From NCBI GenBank assembly GCA_013152085.1, contig JAADHC010000072.1, forward strand, positions 57,455-121,454: a stretch of 64,000 nt of DNA, in the 5' to 3' direction. Under the pieces are notes generated by a model, which made no database searches, was not told where the DNA came from, and worked only from the letters and a program-made list of their open reading frames with translations. The DNA comes from Chlorobiota bacterium. Its GTDB lineage: Bacteria; Bacteroidota; Bacteroidia; Bacteroidales; VadinHA17. The position numbers were made by a program, and so were the translations under genes. Shown in pieces: positions 1 through 9,936 of the stretch. How positions within the stretch are numbered: position 1 is the stretch's first letter; every line of letters starts with the position of its first letter.

Positions 1-724
1 ACTCGTAAACCGCATTCAGGGCCGAGAGATTCTTGTTTAATGTTCCAAGCTGGTCACTATACGATTTACTGCCATCTTCAATATGGGTAAACGACTCGGA
101 GAGGCGCTGATAATTTGTGCCGGACTCGGAAATGAGATTAGCTGTTTTATCATATGATTCTGACAAACGATTCACAGATGATTTCAGTTCCTGTGTCGAT
201 TCTACATAAGCTTCTGTATTCTCATTAATAGAATTCGCTGCTTTATCAATATTTTCCACAAATTTGGTTGTGGCAACAGAAGCATCGGCCATTTTATTAA
301 GATTGGTGGCTGTTTCACTCAGGTTATTCAGTCCCTGTCCGAGTTTATTGAACAGGTCGGGGGTAATTTCGGCACTTTCAATCATCTGGTCGAATTTTTC
401 CAGGGCTGCCGTACTCCCAACGTAACCTCCGCCACCGCCATGGTGTCTGCTTGCCGGCAGGGCTTCGGCTTCATCCTCATCCGTAAGACCGGCAAGTTCC
501 GGATATACCAGAGTCCAGTCCGGTTCTTCGTGGGGGGGTTCGAAAGCCGAAAAGAAGAAAATAACGGCTTCGGTTGACAGGCCAATGATCAGCATGGTTC
601 CGGCACCCGGATAGTGCTGGATCTTAAAAAGTGCTCCTACGATAACCACGGAGGCGCCTATGCCGTACAACTTGGCCATAAAGTTTTTCCAGCCACTGCT
701 TTGAACGATTTCAGTTATTTTCAT
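1..724 (-). CDS. gldL: Gliding motility/T9SS protein GldL (PorL), 3' end cut by window edge
   Basis: Absent from the ORF track because it runs off the window. Reverse-strand translation from the ATG at 724-722 gives MKITEIVQSSGWKNFMAKLYGIGASVVIVGALFKIQHYPGAGTMLIIGLSTEAVIFFFSAFEPP... This shows two N-terminal TM helices followed by a coiled-coil-like region, typical of GldL. It lies 45 nt downstream of gldK. Confidence 0.8.
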   Translation of the reverse strand, partial: MKITEIVQSSGWKNFMAKLYGIGASVVIVGALFKIQHYPGAGTMLIIGLSTEAVIFFFSAFEPPHEEPDWTLVYPELAGLTDEDEAEALPASRHHGGGGGYVGSTAALEKFDQMIESAEITPDLFNKLGQGLNNLSETATNLNKMADASVATTKFVENIDKAANSINENTEAYVESTQELKSSVNRLSESYDKTANLISESGTNYQRLSESFTHIEDGSKSYSDQLGTLNKNLSALNAVYE

Positions 725-769
725 AGTACAACGAATTTTAGGTAGATGAAGAGTGTTTTCAAAGTTAAA

Positions 770-2104
770 TTATTTTCCTGTTCCCATATATGACCTGACA
801 TTGCGGAAACCGATAAAAGATTTTGCCGAATCCTGGTATTCATACGTACGTGTACTTACCTGGAGATAGTATGCAATATCTTTCCATGATCCGCCACGGA
901 TTACCTTACGTTTCATGACTGCCGGTTCATCCGGAAGGGCATTGTATTTATAATCAGGGTTCATATCGTGGGTAAACATATATGCGGACTCATCATAGGC
1001 ACTGCTGGTCCATTCGGCCACATTCCCGGCCATATCATAAAGACCGAATTCATTAAGTTCATAAGAACCCACCTTGTTGGCTACCAGCGAACCGTCATCA
1101 ATATAATTTCCACGCAGTGGTTTGAAATTGGCCAGGAAACATCCTTTGTCATTCCTGGTATAGATACCACCCCAGGGATACATAGACAGGTCGAGTCCGC
1201 CACGTGCAGCATACTCCCATTCTGCCTCGGAGGGAAGGCGATATTCCTGTACAAAAGCATTGCCTTCCTTGGCAAGGTATTCATTCAGATAATTTGTTCT
1301 CCAGATACTGAATGCCGATGCCTGCTTCCAGGTAACTCCTACTACGGGATAGTCATCGAAGGAAGGATGCCAGAAATACATATTTGCCCAAGGTTCATTA
1401 TAGGAATAGGTAAAGTCACGGATCCACACAAGTGTATCGGGATAGCAAGGTACCTCATCCCGCATAATAAAAGACGAACGGTCCTGAATGGGAATTTTGT
1501 TCCCTTCGAGGTCATAAATCTCACCGTTATATGACTGGGTTTTGTAATCATAGCGGCTGGTTTCTTTAGCAGCCTGCTTCAGGTCAACCCAGAAGTATGA
1601 ATAGATCAGTTTACGGGTGTCAATTTGTTTTCTACGATAAAATCTTTCATTAGGGGGATAATACATTTCCTCCATTACGTTTCTTACCTCTTCGTTTTTC
1701 AAATCGATCTTGGTATCCCAGTCGATAACCGGAGGATCGTATTCATCGCCGTTTTCATCTACTTTAAAGAAACCTTCGATCTGGGCTTCCCCGAGTTTAT
1801 ATCTCAGGATAGAGTCTCTTACATAATTGACAAACTGGCGATATTCATTATTTGTAATTTCAGTATCATCCATCCAGAATGCGTCAACGGTTACCGTTTT
1901 AGACATGGTATTCATTGCCCACGAAATGTCCTGATCACTGGGGCCCATGTTAAAACTTCCCTGCGGAATGAAAACCATTCCAAAAGGTTCTGCTTCAAAC
2001 CACTTTTTCCTACCAGGGACACCAACAAGCTCGCCGTTATACGAAGAACCACAGCTACTTGCAATGATGGCTATTACCAAACCTATAAAGAATGTTCTTT
2101 TCAT
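770..2104 (-). CDS. gldK: Gliding motility/T9SS lipoprotein GldK (PorK), FGE-sulfatase-like fold
   Basis: 444-aa ORF with a lipoprotein signal (IAIIASSCGS). It has GELVGV...GMVFIPQGSFNMG and RGGSW motifs of the GldJ/GldK family. The size and its position between porP and gldL favour GldK over GldJ. Confidence 0.85.
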   Translation of the reverse strand: MKRTFFIGLVIAIIASSCGSSYNGELVGVPGRKKWFEAEPFGMVFIPQGSFNMGPSDQDISWAMNTMSKTVTVDAFWMDDTEITNNEYRQFVNYVRDSILRYKLGEAQIEGFFKVDENGDEYDPPVIDWDTKIDLKNEEVRNVMEEMYYPPNERFYRRKQIDTRKLIYSYFWVDLKQAAKETSRYDYKTQSYNGEIYDLEGNKIPIQDRSSFIMRDEVPCYPDTLVWIRDFTYSYNEPWANMYFWHPSFDDYPVVGVTWKQASAFSIWRTNYLNEYLAKEGNAFVQEYRLPSEAEWEYAARGGLDLSMYPWGGIYTRNDKGCFLANFKPLRGNYIDDGSLVANKVGSYELNEFGLYDMAGNVAEWTSSAYDESAYMFTHDMNPDYKYNALPDEPAVMKRKVIRGGSWKDIAYYLQVSTRTYEYQDSAKSFIGFRNVRSYMGTGK

Positions 2105-2148
2105 AATGTTATTATTTTAAATGCAAGTAAATTAATTTTTTCCAAAAA

Positions 2149-3093
2149 TCATAAAAATCTGATACTTTTATATCGTTTTGCAACATGTTGCAAGCTCATA
2201 TTAAAACAATATTTTATCATTAATTCGTGTGTGCCGCCCGTATTTTTTCGTAAATCCGAAGTGGTAAAATCATAAGAATAACCTACTCTGATTTCATTAA
2301 AAAGTTCCATACCAATCATACCGATAAAAGCATCGCCGGCCCTGTAGGATATGCCTCCCCATACCTTCTTGTTATACAGGACATTTACATTCATGGTGAT
2401 CTGGGAGGCTTTTCCGTCAGAATTTACCAGAACGGAAGGAAGAATCTCGAATATCGGGTTTGCCAGCTGGAAATTATATCCTGCCAAAATATAATAATGA
2501 CGGGCTACAAAGGGTTGCCCTTTGGTGTATTTTATTACCGGTTGGTTTAAATGTGTCGTAGAAATACCGACATAAAAATCTTCGGAGCGGTAATAAACGC
2601 CGAAACCAATATCCAGGGCAATAAAACTTTCTTTATTTTCAGGGATTAACGGATCTCCCGAAGCAGGAGTATGATAATCGCTGGTTGGTATTTTCCATGA
2701 AGGATCGAGGGCTTTATTTAACATACCAATACTGAGGCCGATACCGAGTTTGCCAAAGCCCATTTCTTTTTGATAAGCATAAGTGCCTGTAATACTCAGG
2801 TTTTTTTCAAAACCGGCCTGATCATTCAACAAGGCAAGACCTACACCACTGGGTATGCCAAAAGGTTTAACAGCTGCATCAGCATGAAAAATGGTCGTTG
2901 ACGGAGCTCCGTCAAACCCGATCCACTGCTGGCGGCTGATGGCTGTAGCACAGATAACGCCATTACTGCCGGCATAGCCCGGGTTTATAGCCAGCGTATT
3001 GAACATATACTGACTATATTCGGGATCCTGCTGAGCCTGAGTAATTGTCCAGTTGATCAAAATAAAAATACTTATAATCCAAAATTTCTTCAT
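2149..3093 (-). CDS. porP: PorP/SprF family T9SS outer-membrane beta-barrel protein
   Basis: The track ORF starts at the GTG at 3111. The ATG at 3093 gives MKKFWIISIFILINWTITQAQQDPEYSQYMFNTLAINPGYAG, i.e. a signal peptide plus the characteristic PorP/SprF N-terminus. The C-terminus ends in F. It lies directly upstream of gldK. Confidence 0.8.
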   Translation of the reverse strand: MKKFWIISIFILINWTITQAQQDPEYSQYMFNTLAINPGYAGSNGVICATAISRQQWIGFDGAPSTTIFHADAAVKPFGIPSGVGLALLNDQAGFEKNLSITGTYAYQKEMGFGKLGIGLSIGMLNKALDPSWKIPTSDYHTPASGDPLIPENKESFIALDIGFGVYYRSEDFYVGISTTHLNQPVIKYTKGQPFVARHYYILAGYNFQLANPIFEILPSVLVNSDGKASQITMNVNVLYNKKVWGGISYRAGDAFIGMIGMELFNEIRVGYSYDFTTSDLRKNTGGTHELMIKYCFNMSLQHVAKRYKSIRFL

Positions 3094-3286
3094 CACCCTC
3101 AAATCCTGCACAATGCTTGCTTCTTAAAGGTCTGGCAGTAGCGGAGTAAAATAAATAAAAATATCCTATAGCACCAAATCTTATTAACAATTGATTGTGA
3201 ATAACCAAGGCAATGATCATGCATTTTTATACCCCGATAATTAAAAAAAGTTACAAAAAATAAACGTAGGGAAAAGGAAAAAATTA

Positions 3287-4438
3287 TTATTGGAAGAATT
3301 TTAACCAGCGTTGTGGTATTTCCTGCTGGGTAGCCTTCTGATAATCCTCGTAAGAACAGGCTATCCAGGAGCGCTCTCCGGCGGGTTTTACTTCATCAGG
3401 AAACTTAATCCACCATCTGCCGGTTTCTTCACTTTTACGAAAAACGAGTTGGTAATCGGTATCAGGCAATGTGATAATATATTCTGTGAACCGGTTGCTA
3501 CCGGATGCGGGGTTTTCATTTTTTCGGCGGGTGAATCCGGAAAGAAAATACCAGATTGTCTGGGCTGCAAGGAAGGCGGTTTGCTGCTCTTTGTCTGATG
3601 CCGGGTTTGCTTCATACAGAGAATATATTTTCAGATGAGGGCTAAGGCCGGCATACATGGCAAGCTGACAAATTTCATCTACGGAAAAACCACTGGGTAT
3701 GGGATAGTTTGTCCCGGGAGCATCAGCCTGGCGGATGGAAGACAAATCAACGGAAAGGAGGTCTCCGTCACGAATAATGGCTTCGAAATAGGGCAGGTTT
3801 GCCCTGATCTCTCCGAGACGGTATGATTCATGCCCTTTTATACGGAGGGATTTAAGGTTTTTGTTTCCTGACAGGAATTCCTGATGCCCCAGATTGGCAT
3901 ATCGAATATTGCCGGTGTGCTTTTTTAAAATATAAGCAAGATAGGTATCCGAAGTTAGCTTTTTGCTTTTCTTAACAAGATCGATACGCGGATCAATGGT
4001 AACCAGACGGACGATTTTCTGCCGGGGAATAAGGGCGTCTACCGAAGATATCGTAAGGTCCTGGGATCCCCCGATAATGACTGGTGTTACCTGGTTTTCC
4101 AAAAGAAAAAAGAGAATATCCCTTAACCCGGCATAAGTATCACTTACCTTTTGCCCGACCTTCATGTTTCCAAGGTCTGTGATACGGATCTTATTGTTGA
4201 TTTTTCCAAGGGCATAAAGTTTTCTGCGAATCTGATCCGGGGCAAGAGCTGATCCCGGCCGAATAGCGTTCCGGTCTTCCGGGACGCCAAGAATAGCAAT
4301 ATCAAACTGGCTGATCCGGCTGATGGGGAAATCCGGAGTGTGGATAATGAGTTTGTGACTCAATTCATCCAGTTCGGGAACGTTCCGGTGTTCTTCCCTG
4401 GAAATTCCTACCGGATCAAAATAAAGGTTGAGATCCAT
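3287..4438 (-). CDS. Arginase/formiminoglutamase-fold protein with atypical metal-ligand motifs and a C-terminal extension
   Basis: 383-aa ORF. Ureohydrolase-like blocks can be aligned by eye: IIGGSQDLT, VTIDPRIDL, SVDLSSIRQADAPG, YSLYEANP. Several canonical His/Asp ligand positions are substituted (see findings). It starts 2 nt after the topA stop. Confidence 0.6.
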   Translation of the reverse strand: MDLNLYFDPVGISREEHRNVPELDELSHKLIIHTPDFPISRISQFDIAILGVPEDRNAIRPGSALAPDQIRRKLYALGKINNKIRITDLGNMKVGQKVSDTYAGLRDILFFLLENQVTPVIIGGSQDLTISSVDALIPRQKIVRLVTIDPRIDLVKKSKKLTSDTYLAYILKKHTGNIRYANLGHQEFLSGNKNLKSLRIKGHESYRLGEIRANLPYFEAIIRDGDLLSVDLSSIRQADAPGTNYPIPSGFSVDEICQLAMYAGLSPHLKIYSLYEANPASDKEQQTAFLAAQTIWYFLSGFTRRKNENPASGSNRFTEYIITLPDTDYQLVFRKSEETGRWWIKFPDEVKPAGERSWIACSYEDYQKATQQEIPQRWLKFFQ

Positions 4439-4440
4439 CG

Positions 4441-6759
4441 TCAGCTTTTCTTTGTTTTTCTGGAAGTGGGCGGGTTTTCTTTAATGATTTTTTTACATTC
4501 TTCACAGGTAAGCGTTTCTGCTTTCAACCCTTTGGGGATTTTATAATTTTTCTTCTCAAAGGTAATATAAGGACCCCACCGGCCCTGTAATACTTTAATT
4601 CCATCATCGAATGCATGGATAATCTTTTTCTTTTCTGCTTCTCTTTTTTCCACGATGATTTCCAATGCTCTTTCGAGGGTTAAGGTATAAGGATCATCAG
4701 TATTTACGGGAATAGAATAAAATTTACCGTTATGCCGGACATACGGACCATACCTGCCGATGGCAACGATTATTTCGTGTCCTTCAAATTCGCCGATATT
4801 CCGGGGGAGTCTGAAAAGGGCAAGAGCCTCCTCAAGTGACAGGGTTTCCATCAATTGTCCGGTACGAAGACTTGCGTATCTGGGTTTTTTATCATTTCCG
4901 GGGCGTCCGATCTGCACCACAGGTCCGTATCGTCCGATTTTAACAATGACTTCTTCCCCGCTTTCCGGGTCTTTCCCAAGAATCCTCTCTCCTGTCTGTT
5001 TGTCTGTATCCCGGATGGTTTCTTCCACCTTGGGATGAAAACCGGTATAAAAACGGCGGATCATCTCAGTCCAGTTCAAGGTCCCCTGTGCAATTTCATC
5101 AAACTGTTTTTCGACGGTTGCGGTAAAGTTGTAGTTGATGATATCTTCAAAATGTTTTACCAGGAAATCATTTACGACAATACCGATGTTTGTCGGAATA
5201 AGTTTTCCTCTTTCCTTGCCGAAGGATTCTGTTTTACTTTTTTCGTCAATTCGTGTTCCCTTAAGGATCAATTCGGCGATATTTCTCAATTCGCCGGGAC
5301 GGTCTTCACGGGCCACATATCCACGCTGCTGAATGGTTGAAATGGTAGGTGCATATGTTGAAGGTCTTCCGATACCCAGTTCTTCCATTCTTTTAACCAA
5401 TGCAGCTTCGGAATAACGCGGCGGGGGTTGGGTAAACCGTTCTGTTGCCCTGATTTCCTTGTACAAGAGTTCCTGCCCTTTTTCAACAGGTGGAAGGAAC
5501 CCGGGAGCAGCCTCGGTTGTATCCTCATCCGATGAGGCCTGATAAAGTTTAAGAAATCCGTCAAAAACAATGATTTCCCCGGATGCTGTAAATGTTTCAG
5601 GGGATCCTTTGGGCGTAATCGTTACGGTTGTTTTTTCCAGACGGGCATCCTCCATCTGAGATGCCAGGGTACGTTTCCAGATTAGTTCATACAGTTTCTT
5701 TTCCGCCTTGCTTGCGGAAACAGTGTCTTTATTAAGGTACGTAGGACGAATGGCCTCATGAGCTTCCTGAGCTCCTTTTGATTTTGTTCTGTACTTACGC
5801 GTTTTGGTGTAGGCATCACCAAACATGTTTTTGATTTGTGTCCGTGCCGTGTTCAGTGCCAGCTCGGAAAGGTTAACGGAATCGGTTCGCATATAGGTGA
5901 TATGGCCGGCTTCGTAAAGTCTTTGAGCCAACGACATGGTATAGGACACACCGTATCCGAGTTTTCTGTTGGCTTCCTGCTGCAGTGTTGAAGTTGTAAA
6001 TGGCGGGGGCGGGGTACGTTTTACGGGTTTTGTAGCCAGATTTTCAACAAAAAAGCCTGTTTTCATACAGAAATTGAGGAATTCTGTGACTTCTTTTTTG
6101 GTTTTCATCCGCCTGGACAACTCAGCCTTAAGTGAATATTTTTCGTTGTCTCTGTCAAAATAAAAGATGGCCGTAACCCTGAAATAGGTATCGGGTTTAA
6201 AAAAAAGTATTTCACGTTCGCGTTCAACCAAAAGGCGTACAGCTACAGACTGGACACGTCCGGCAGAAAGTGCGGGTTTAACTTTTTTCCACAGTACGGG
6301 AGAAAGTTCAAATCCGACCAACCGGTCCAGAACACGACGTGCCTGCTGGGCATTCACAAGCGAAATGTTAATCTCGCGGGGTTGTTCTACCGCACGCAGA
6401 ATAGCCTGTTGGGTAATTTCATGAAAGACAATGCGTTTTGTTTTTTCGGGGTCAAGTTTCAGAACCTCCGAGAGATGCCATGCGATAGCTTCTCCCTCGC
6501 GGTCTTCATCAGATGCCAGCCAAACGGTTTTTGCATCGGAAACAGCCTTTTTTAGTTCACTGACCACTTTTTTCTTTTCTTCCGGAACGATATAATCCGG
6601 CTCAAAATTTTTTTCAATATGAATACCCAGTTTTTTCTTCGAAAGGTCACGAATATGTCCGAAACTTGACTTAACCTTGAAATCTTTACCAAGGATACGT
6701 TCTATGGTTTTTGCCTTTGCAGGAGACTCAACAATGATAATATTTTCCTTTTCAGCCAT
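4441..6759 (-). CDS. topA: DNA topoisomerase I
   Basis: Toprim N-terminus (IIIVESPAKAKTIERILG), active-site region (ITYMRTDS) and C-terminal repeats. The track ORF begins at the GTG at 6795. The ATG at 6759 (MAEKENIIIVESPAKAK) matches the usual TopA N-terminus. Confidence 0.95.
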   Translation of the reverse strand: MAEKENIIIVESPAKAKTIERILGKDFKVKSSFGHIRDLSKKKLGIHIEKNFEPDYIVPEEKKKVVSELKKAVSDAKTVWLASDEDREGEAIAWHLSEVLKLDPEKTKRIVFHEITQQAILRAVEQPREINISLVNAQQARRVLDRLVGFELSPVLWKKVKPALSAGRVQSVAVRLLVEREREILFFKPDTYFRVTAIFYFDRDNEKYSLKAELSRRMKTKKEVTEFLNFCMKTGFFVENLATKPVKRTPPPPFTTSTLQQEANRKLGYGVSYTMSLAQRLYEAGHITYMRTDSVNLSELALNTARTQIKNMFGDAYTKTRKYRTKSKGAQEAHEAIRPTYLNKDTVSASKAEKKLYELIWKRTLASQMEDARLEKTTVTITPKGSPETFTASGEIIVFDGFLKLYQASSDEDTTEAAPGFLPPVEKGQELLYKEIRATERFTQPPPRYSEAALVKRMEELGIGRPSTYAPTISTIQQRGYVAREDRPGELRNIAELILKGTRIDEKSKTESFGKERGKLIPTNIGIVVNDFLVKHFEDIINYNFTATVEKQFDEIAQGTLNWTEMIRRFYTGFHPKVEETIRDTDKQTGERILGKDPESGEEVIVKIGRYGPVVQIGRPGNDKKPRYASLRTGQLMETLSLEEALALFRLPRNIGEFEGHEIIVAIGRYGPYVRHNGKFYSIPVNTDDPYTLTLERALEIIVEKREAEKKKIIHAFDDGIKVLQGRWGPYITFEKKNYKIPKGLKAETLTCEECKKIIKENPPTSRKTKKS

Positions 6760-6823
6760 ACGGTTTTTGGGGTCAACAGCGTTTATTACGGGCACAAAGT
6801 AAGTGATTATGAAGGTTAACTTC

Positions 6824-6831
6824 CAAATTTA
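6824..6831 (-). promoter_or_regulatory. Candidate Bacteroidota -7 promoter box (TAAATTTG) for topA
   Basis: Exact match to the TAnnTTTG consensus on the minus strand, upstream of the topA start (29 nt from the GTG at 6795, 65 nt from the ATG at 6759). Confidence 0.3.
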
Positions 6832-6846
6832 TTCTGTATTTATTAC

Positions 6847-6854
6847 TATTTTTG
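6847..6854 (+). promoter_or_regulatory. Candidate Bacteroidota -7 promoter box (TATTTTTG) for the PBP1A gene
   Basis: Exact TAnnTTTG match 26 nt upstream of the ATG at 6880. It is divergent from the topA candidate box. Confidence 0.35.
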
Positions 6855-6879
6855 ATCCGCTCCGGCAAACCAAATTGGC

Positions 6880-9222
6880 ATGAAAGACACAACCACACCA
6901 TCGCGTAAATATCTGCTGATACTATGGACTCTTTATATCCTTCTTCTCCTGGGGACCGTATTTTATTTTTATCTGATTTCAATTGGAAAAATGGGAGAGA
7001 TGCCCACCTTTGAGGAACTTGAAAACCCCCAGCGAAACCTGGCCTCTGAAGTCTTTTCGGAAGATGGGGCATTATTGGGGAAATATTATGTTCAGAACAG
7101 AATATGGACAGATTATGAGGATATTTCTCCCGATGTTGTCCATGCACTGATTGCTACAGAAGATGTACGGTTTTATAAACATTCGGGTGTAGATGTGCGT
7201 GGGTTGGCAAGGGTTTTTATCAAGAATTTCCTGCTGGGTAACCGGCAGGCAGGTGGCGGGAGTACCATCACCCAGCAGCTGGCCAAGAATCTTTTCCCGA
7301 GAGATACGTCCCATTACCGTTTTGCTCCCGCACGATTTATGCACCTGGTTAATACCAAATTCAGGGAATGGGTTACCGCAATAAAACTGGAGCGCAGCTA
7401 TACCAAGGAAGAGATCCTGACCATGTATCTGAACGTTTTTGATTTTTTATATCAGGCTGTGGGGATTTATTCTGCGGCGGACATTTATTTTCAGACCACT
7501 CCGGATTCCCTGACACTTGAGCAGTCTGCTCTTCTGGTCGGGATGTTAAAAAATTCAGCCTATTATAATCCGGTACGGCGTCCGGAGATTACCTTGCAAC
7601 GCCGCAATACGGTCTTTAGGCAGATGGTTAAATACGGATATCTGGACAAAGCGGTTTATGATTCCGTAAAAATGCTGCCTTTGGAAGTTCATCTTAAGAT
7701 TGAGAACCATAATCTTGGTCCTGCCGCTTATCTCCGTGAATATCTGCGTACAACGATGATGCACCAACAACCTGAACGCAGGTTTTTTCTTACGGAAGAA
7801 CAATATAAAGAAGCCGTTTACCAATGGGAACATAACCCGTTGTACGGGTGGTGTTATAAAAATAAAAAACCAAACGGAAATCCGTACAATATATACCGGG
7901 ACGGACTACATATTTATACCACGGTAAATTCAAAACTTCAGCAGTTTGCCGAGGAGGCGCTCCGGGAACACCTGGGAGGAGAGTTACAGAAAGTTTTTAT
8001 GGAAAATGTGAAACGCAACAAAAGACCTCCTTTTTCTGACGACCTGAACCGTGAACAGGTACAATCCATCATGGAAAGTTCCATGAGGCGTACTGACCGG
8101 TATCGTGGATTGAGAAACCGGGGCGTGAATACGGATTCTATTGTTGCCGTTTTTAACACACCTGTTCCAATGAGGGTTTTTTCATGGAAAGGAGATATTG
8201 ATACGGTGATGTCACCCCTGGATTCGCTCAGATACTATAAGTTTTTTATCCGTTCCGGCCTGATAAGTATTGATCCGCGTACAGGTTATATAAAAGCTTA
8301 TGTGGGCGGGCCGGATTTCCGGTATTTCAAGTTCGATGCAGTAACATCGCAAAAAAGACAGGTAGGCAGTACCATAAAACCCTTTTTGTATACACTGGCC
8401 ATGCAGGAAGGCTTTACCCCGTGTGATAAAGTTCCGGATGTTCCCCAGACTTTCAGGGATAATGATTCTATCTGGATTCCCAGAAGTTCGGGAAGAAAAG
8501 AATTTTGGGGGAAAATGGTTACCCTGAAGTGGGGACTGGCAAATTCGGAAAACTATATCTCTGCCTGGCTGATGAAGCAATTTACACCGCAGGCCGTGGT
8601 GAATATAATGCAGAAAATGGGCATCCGTAGTTATGTTGATCCTGTCAACTCCATTTTTCTCGGAACCTCTGACCTTAGCCTGTATGAACTCACAGGTGCT
8701 TATGCCACCTTTGTTAACAAGGGTGTTTATCTCGAACCTATCTTTGTTACCCGCATTGAAGATAAGAACGGGAATGTTGTATCAACCTTTCATCCTTATT
8801 TTAATGAAGCCATCAGTGAGAAGGATGCTTTTCTGATGGTTAATCTTTTGGAAGGCGTTGTCCGTGAAGGCACGGGGATACGGCTTCGCTATAAATATGA
8901 GTTAATGAATGAAATCGGAGGCAAAACAGGAACTACCCAGAATCACTCGGACGGTTGGTTTGAAGGAATTACCCCCAGTCTGGTAACCGGTGTATGGACC
9001 GGATGGGAAGACCGTGCCATCCATTTCGAAACGCTTTCACTGGGACAGGGTGCCAATATGGCCCTGCCGATCTTTGCACTTTACATGAAAAAGGTGTATA
9101 ACGACCCCGAATTCGGTATTTTGCAGACCGAAAATTTTGAAGCCCCTGCAAATTTCGATATACAACTTGATTGTGAAGATGAAAATCAGATACAGAACAA
9201 TCCCATCATCTTCGATTATTAA
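6880..9222 (+). CDS. mrcA: Penicillin-binding protein 1A (bifunctional glycosyltransferase/transpeptidase)
   Basis: 780 aa with an N-terminal TM anchor. GT51 motifs are present (EDVRFYKHSGVD, GGSTITQQLAKN), as are transpeptidase motifs (STIKPF, SEN, KTGTT). Confidence 0.9.
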   Translation: MKDTTTPSRKYLLILWTLYILLLLGTVFYFYLISIGKMGEMPTFEELENPQRNLASEVFSEDGALLGKYYVQNRIWTDYEDISPDVVHALIATEDVRFYKHSGVDVRGLARVFIKNFLLGNRQAGGGSTITQQLAKNLFPRDTSHYRFAPARFMHLVNTKFREWVTAIKLERSYTKEEILTMYLNVFDFLYQAVGIYSAADIYFQTTPDSLTLEQSALLVGMLKNSAYYNPVRRPEITLQRRNTVFRQMVKYGYLDKAVYDSVKMLPLEVHLKIENHNLGPAAYLREYLRTTMMHQQPERRFFLTEEQYKEAVYQWEHNPLYGWCYKNKKPNGNPYNIYRDGLHIYTTVNSKLQQFAEEALREHLGGELQKVFMENVKRNKRPPFSDDLNREQVQSIMESSMRRTDRYRGLRNRGVNTDSIVAVFNTPVPMRVFSWKGDIDTVMSPLDSLRYYKFFIRSGLISIDPRTGYIKAYVGGPDFRYFKFDAVTSQKRQVGSTIKPFLYTLAMQEGFTPCDKVPDVPQTFRDNDSIWIPRSSGRKEFWGKMVTLKWGLANSENYISAWLMKQFTPQAVVNIMQKMGIRSYVDPVNSIFLGTSDLSLYELTGAYATFVNKGVYLEPIFVTRIEDKNGNVVSTFHPYFNEAISEKDAFLMVNLLEGVVREGTGIRLRYKYELMNEIGGKTGTTQNHSDGWFEGITPSLVTGVWTGWEDRAIHFETLSLGQGANMALPIFALYMKKVYNDPEFGILQTENFEAPANFDIQLDCEDENQIQNNPIIFDY

Positions 9223-9927
9223 TCAGACGGACGATCCGAAAACCCTCCGCAAGATCTCTGTAACTCTGGCCGCCGGATCGGTACGTATCCGCTTTTCTTC
9301 CTGTTCAACTTTGTAAAACAGGCCCTGGATGGTTTTTTCCGTGACATATTGTGCCAGATCGGTTTCCACGTCCCGGGTAAGGGGAAGACGATTGTAGGTG
9401 TCTGCCAGTTTTTGCCAGGTATCGACAAGGTTCATCTGATTCATTACCTGGTAGATATCCGGTTTGAAAGTCATTACCAGCTGATCATAGGTTTTATTTT
9501 TAAAATATTCTGTAGCAGCATTATCAGGACCTTTCAGGATGTTCCTTGCATCCGTGAAGGTCATATCCAGAATAGCCTGGTAAAAGATCGGTGCTGCTTT
9601 AGTGACAGCTTTTTCAGCAGCATGGTTCATCTGTTCAATAAAATCATCTACCGGTTTGTTTAAACCGAGGCTTCGCAGTTTTTCTTCGATGACTTTAACA
9701 TCTTCGGGGAATGGGATCTTTACTGCCTGATCGAGAAAAAATCCGTTGGTTTTATTAAGATTTGCTACGGCATTCCGGGTCCCTACCTTCAGGGCTTCTT
9801 TCAAACCGTCTGCAATTTCATGATCGGATAAAGGTGTGGAAACAGGAATTTCCAGTTGTTGCAGTACCTCGCATGAAGTCACAAGCAACGGAAACAGGAA
9901 AAGGATAAATTTTTGTTTCATGGTCAT
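9223..9927 (-). CDS. DUF4197-like lipoprotein
   Basis: 234 aa with a lipobox (LLVTSC). The pattern GLKEALKVGTRNAV...GFF...IPFPE resembles the DUF4197 family as I recall it. Function is unknown. Confidence 0.5.
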   Translation of the reverse strand: MTMKQKFILFLFPLLVTSCEVLQQLEIPVSTPLSDHEIADGLKEALKVGTRNAVANLNKTNGFFLDQAVKIPFPEDVKVIEEKLRSLGLNKPVDDFIEQMNHAAEKAVTKAAPIFYQAILDMTFTDARNILKGPDNAATEYFKNKTYDQLVMTFKPDIYQVMNQMNLVDTWQKLADTYNRLPLTRDVETDLAQYVTEKTIQGLFYKVEQEEKRIRTDPAARVTEILRRVFGSSV

Positions 9928-9936
9928 AGGTTTTTA

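Noticed and set aside
382-585. 67-aa minus-strand ORF in the track
   Set aside because: It lies wholly inside the gldL reading frame region, in a different frame, and has a low-complexity, unrecognisable sequence. The gldL frame explains the coding signal.
1625-2275. 216-aa plus-strand ORF antisense to gldK and porP
   Set aside because: It is antisense to two well-supported genes and spans their intergenic gap. The sequence is unrecognisable and Ile/Phe-rich, typical of shadow ORFs.
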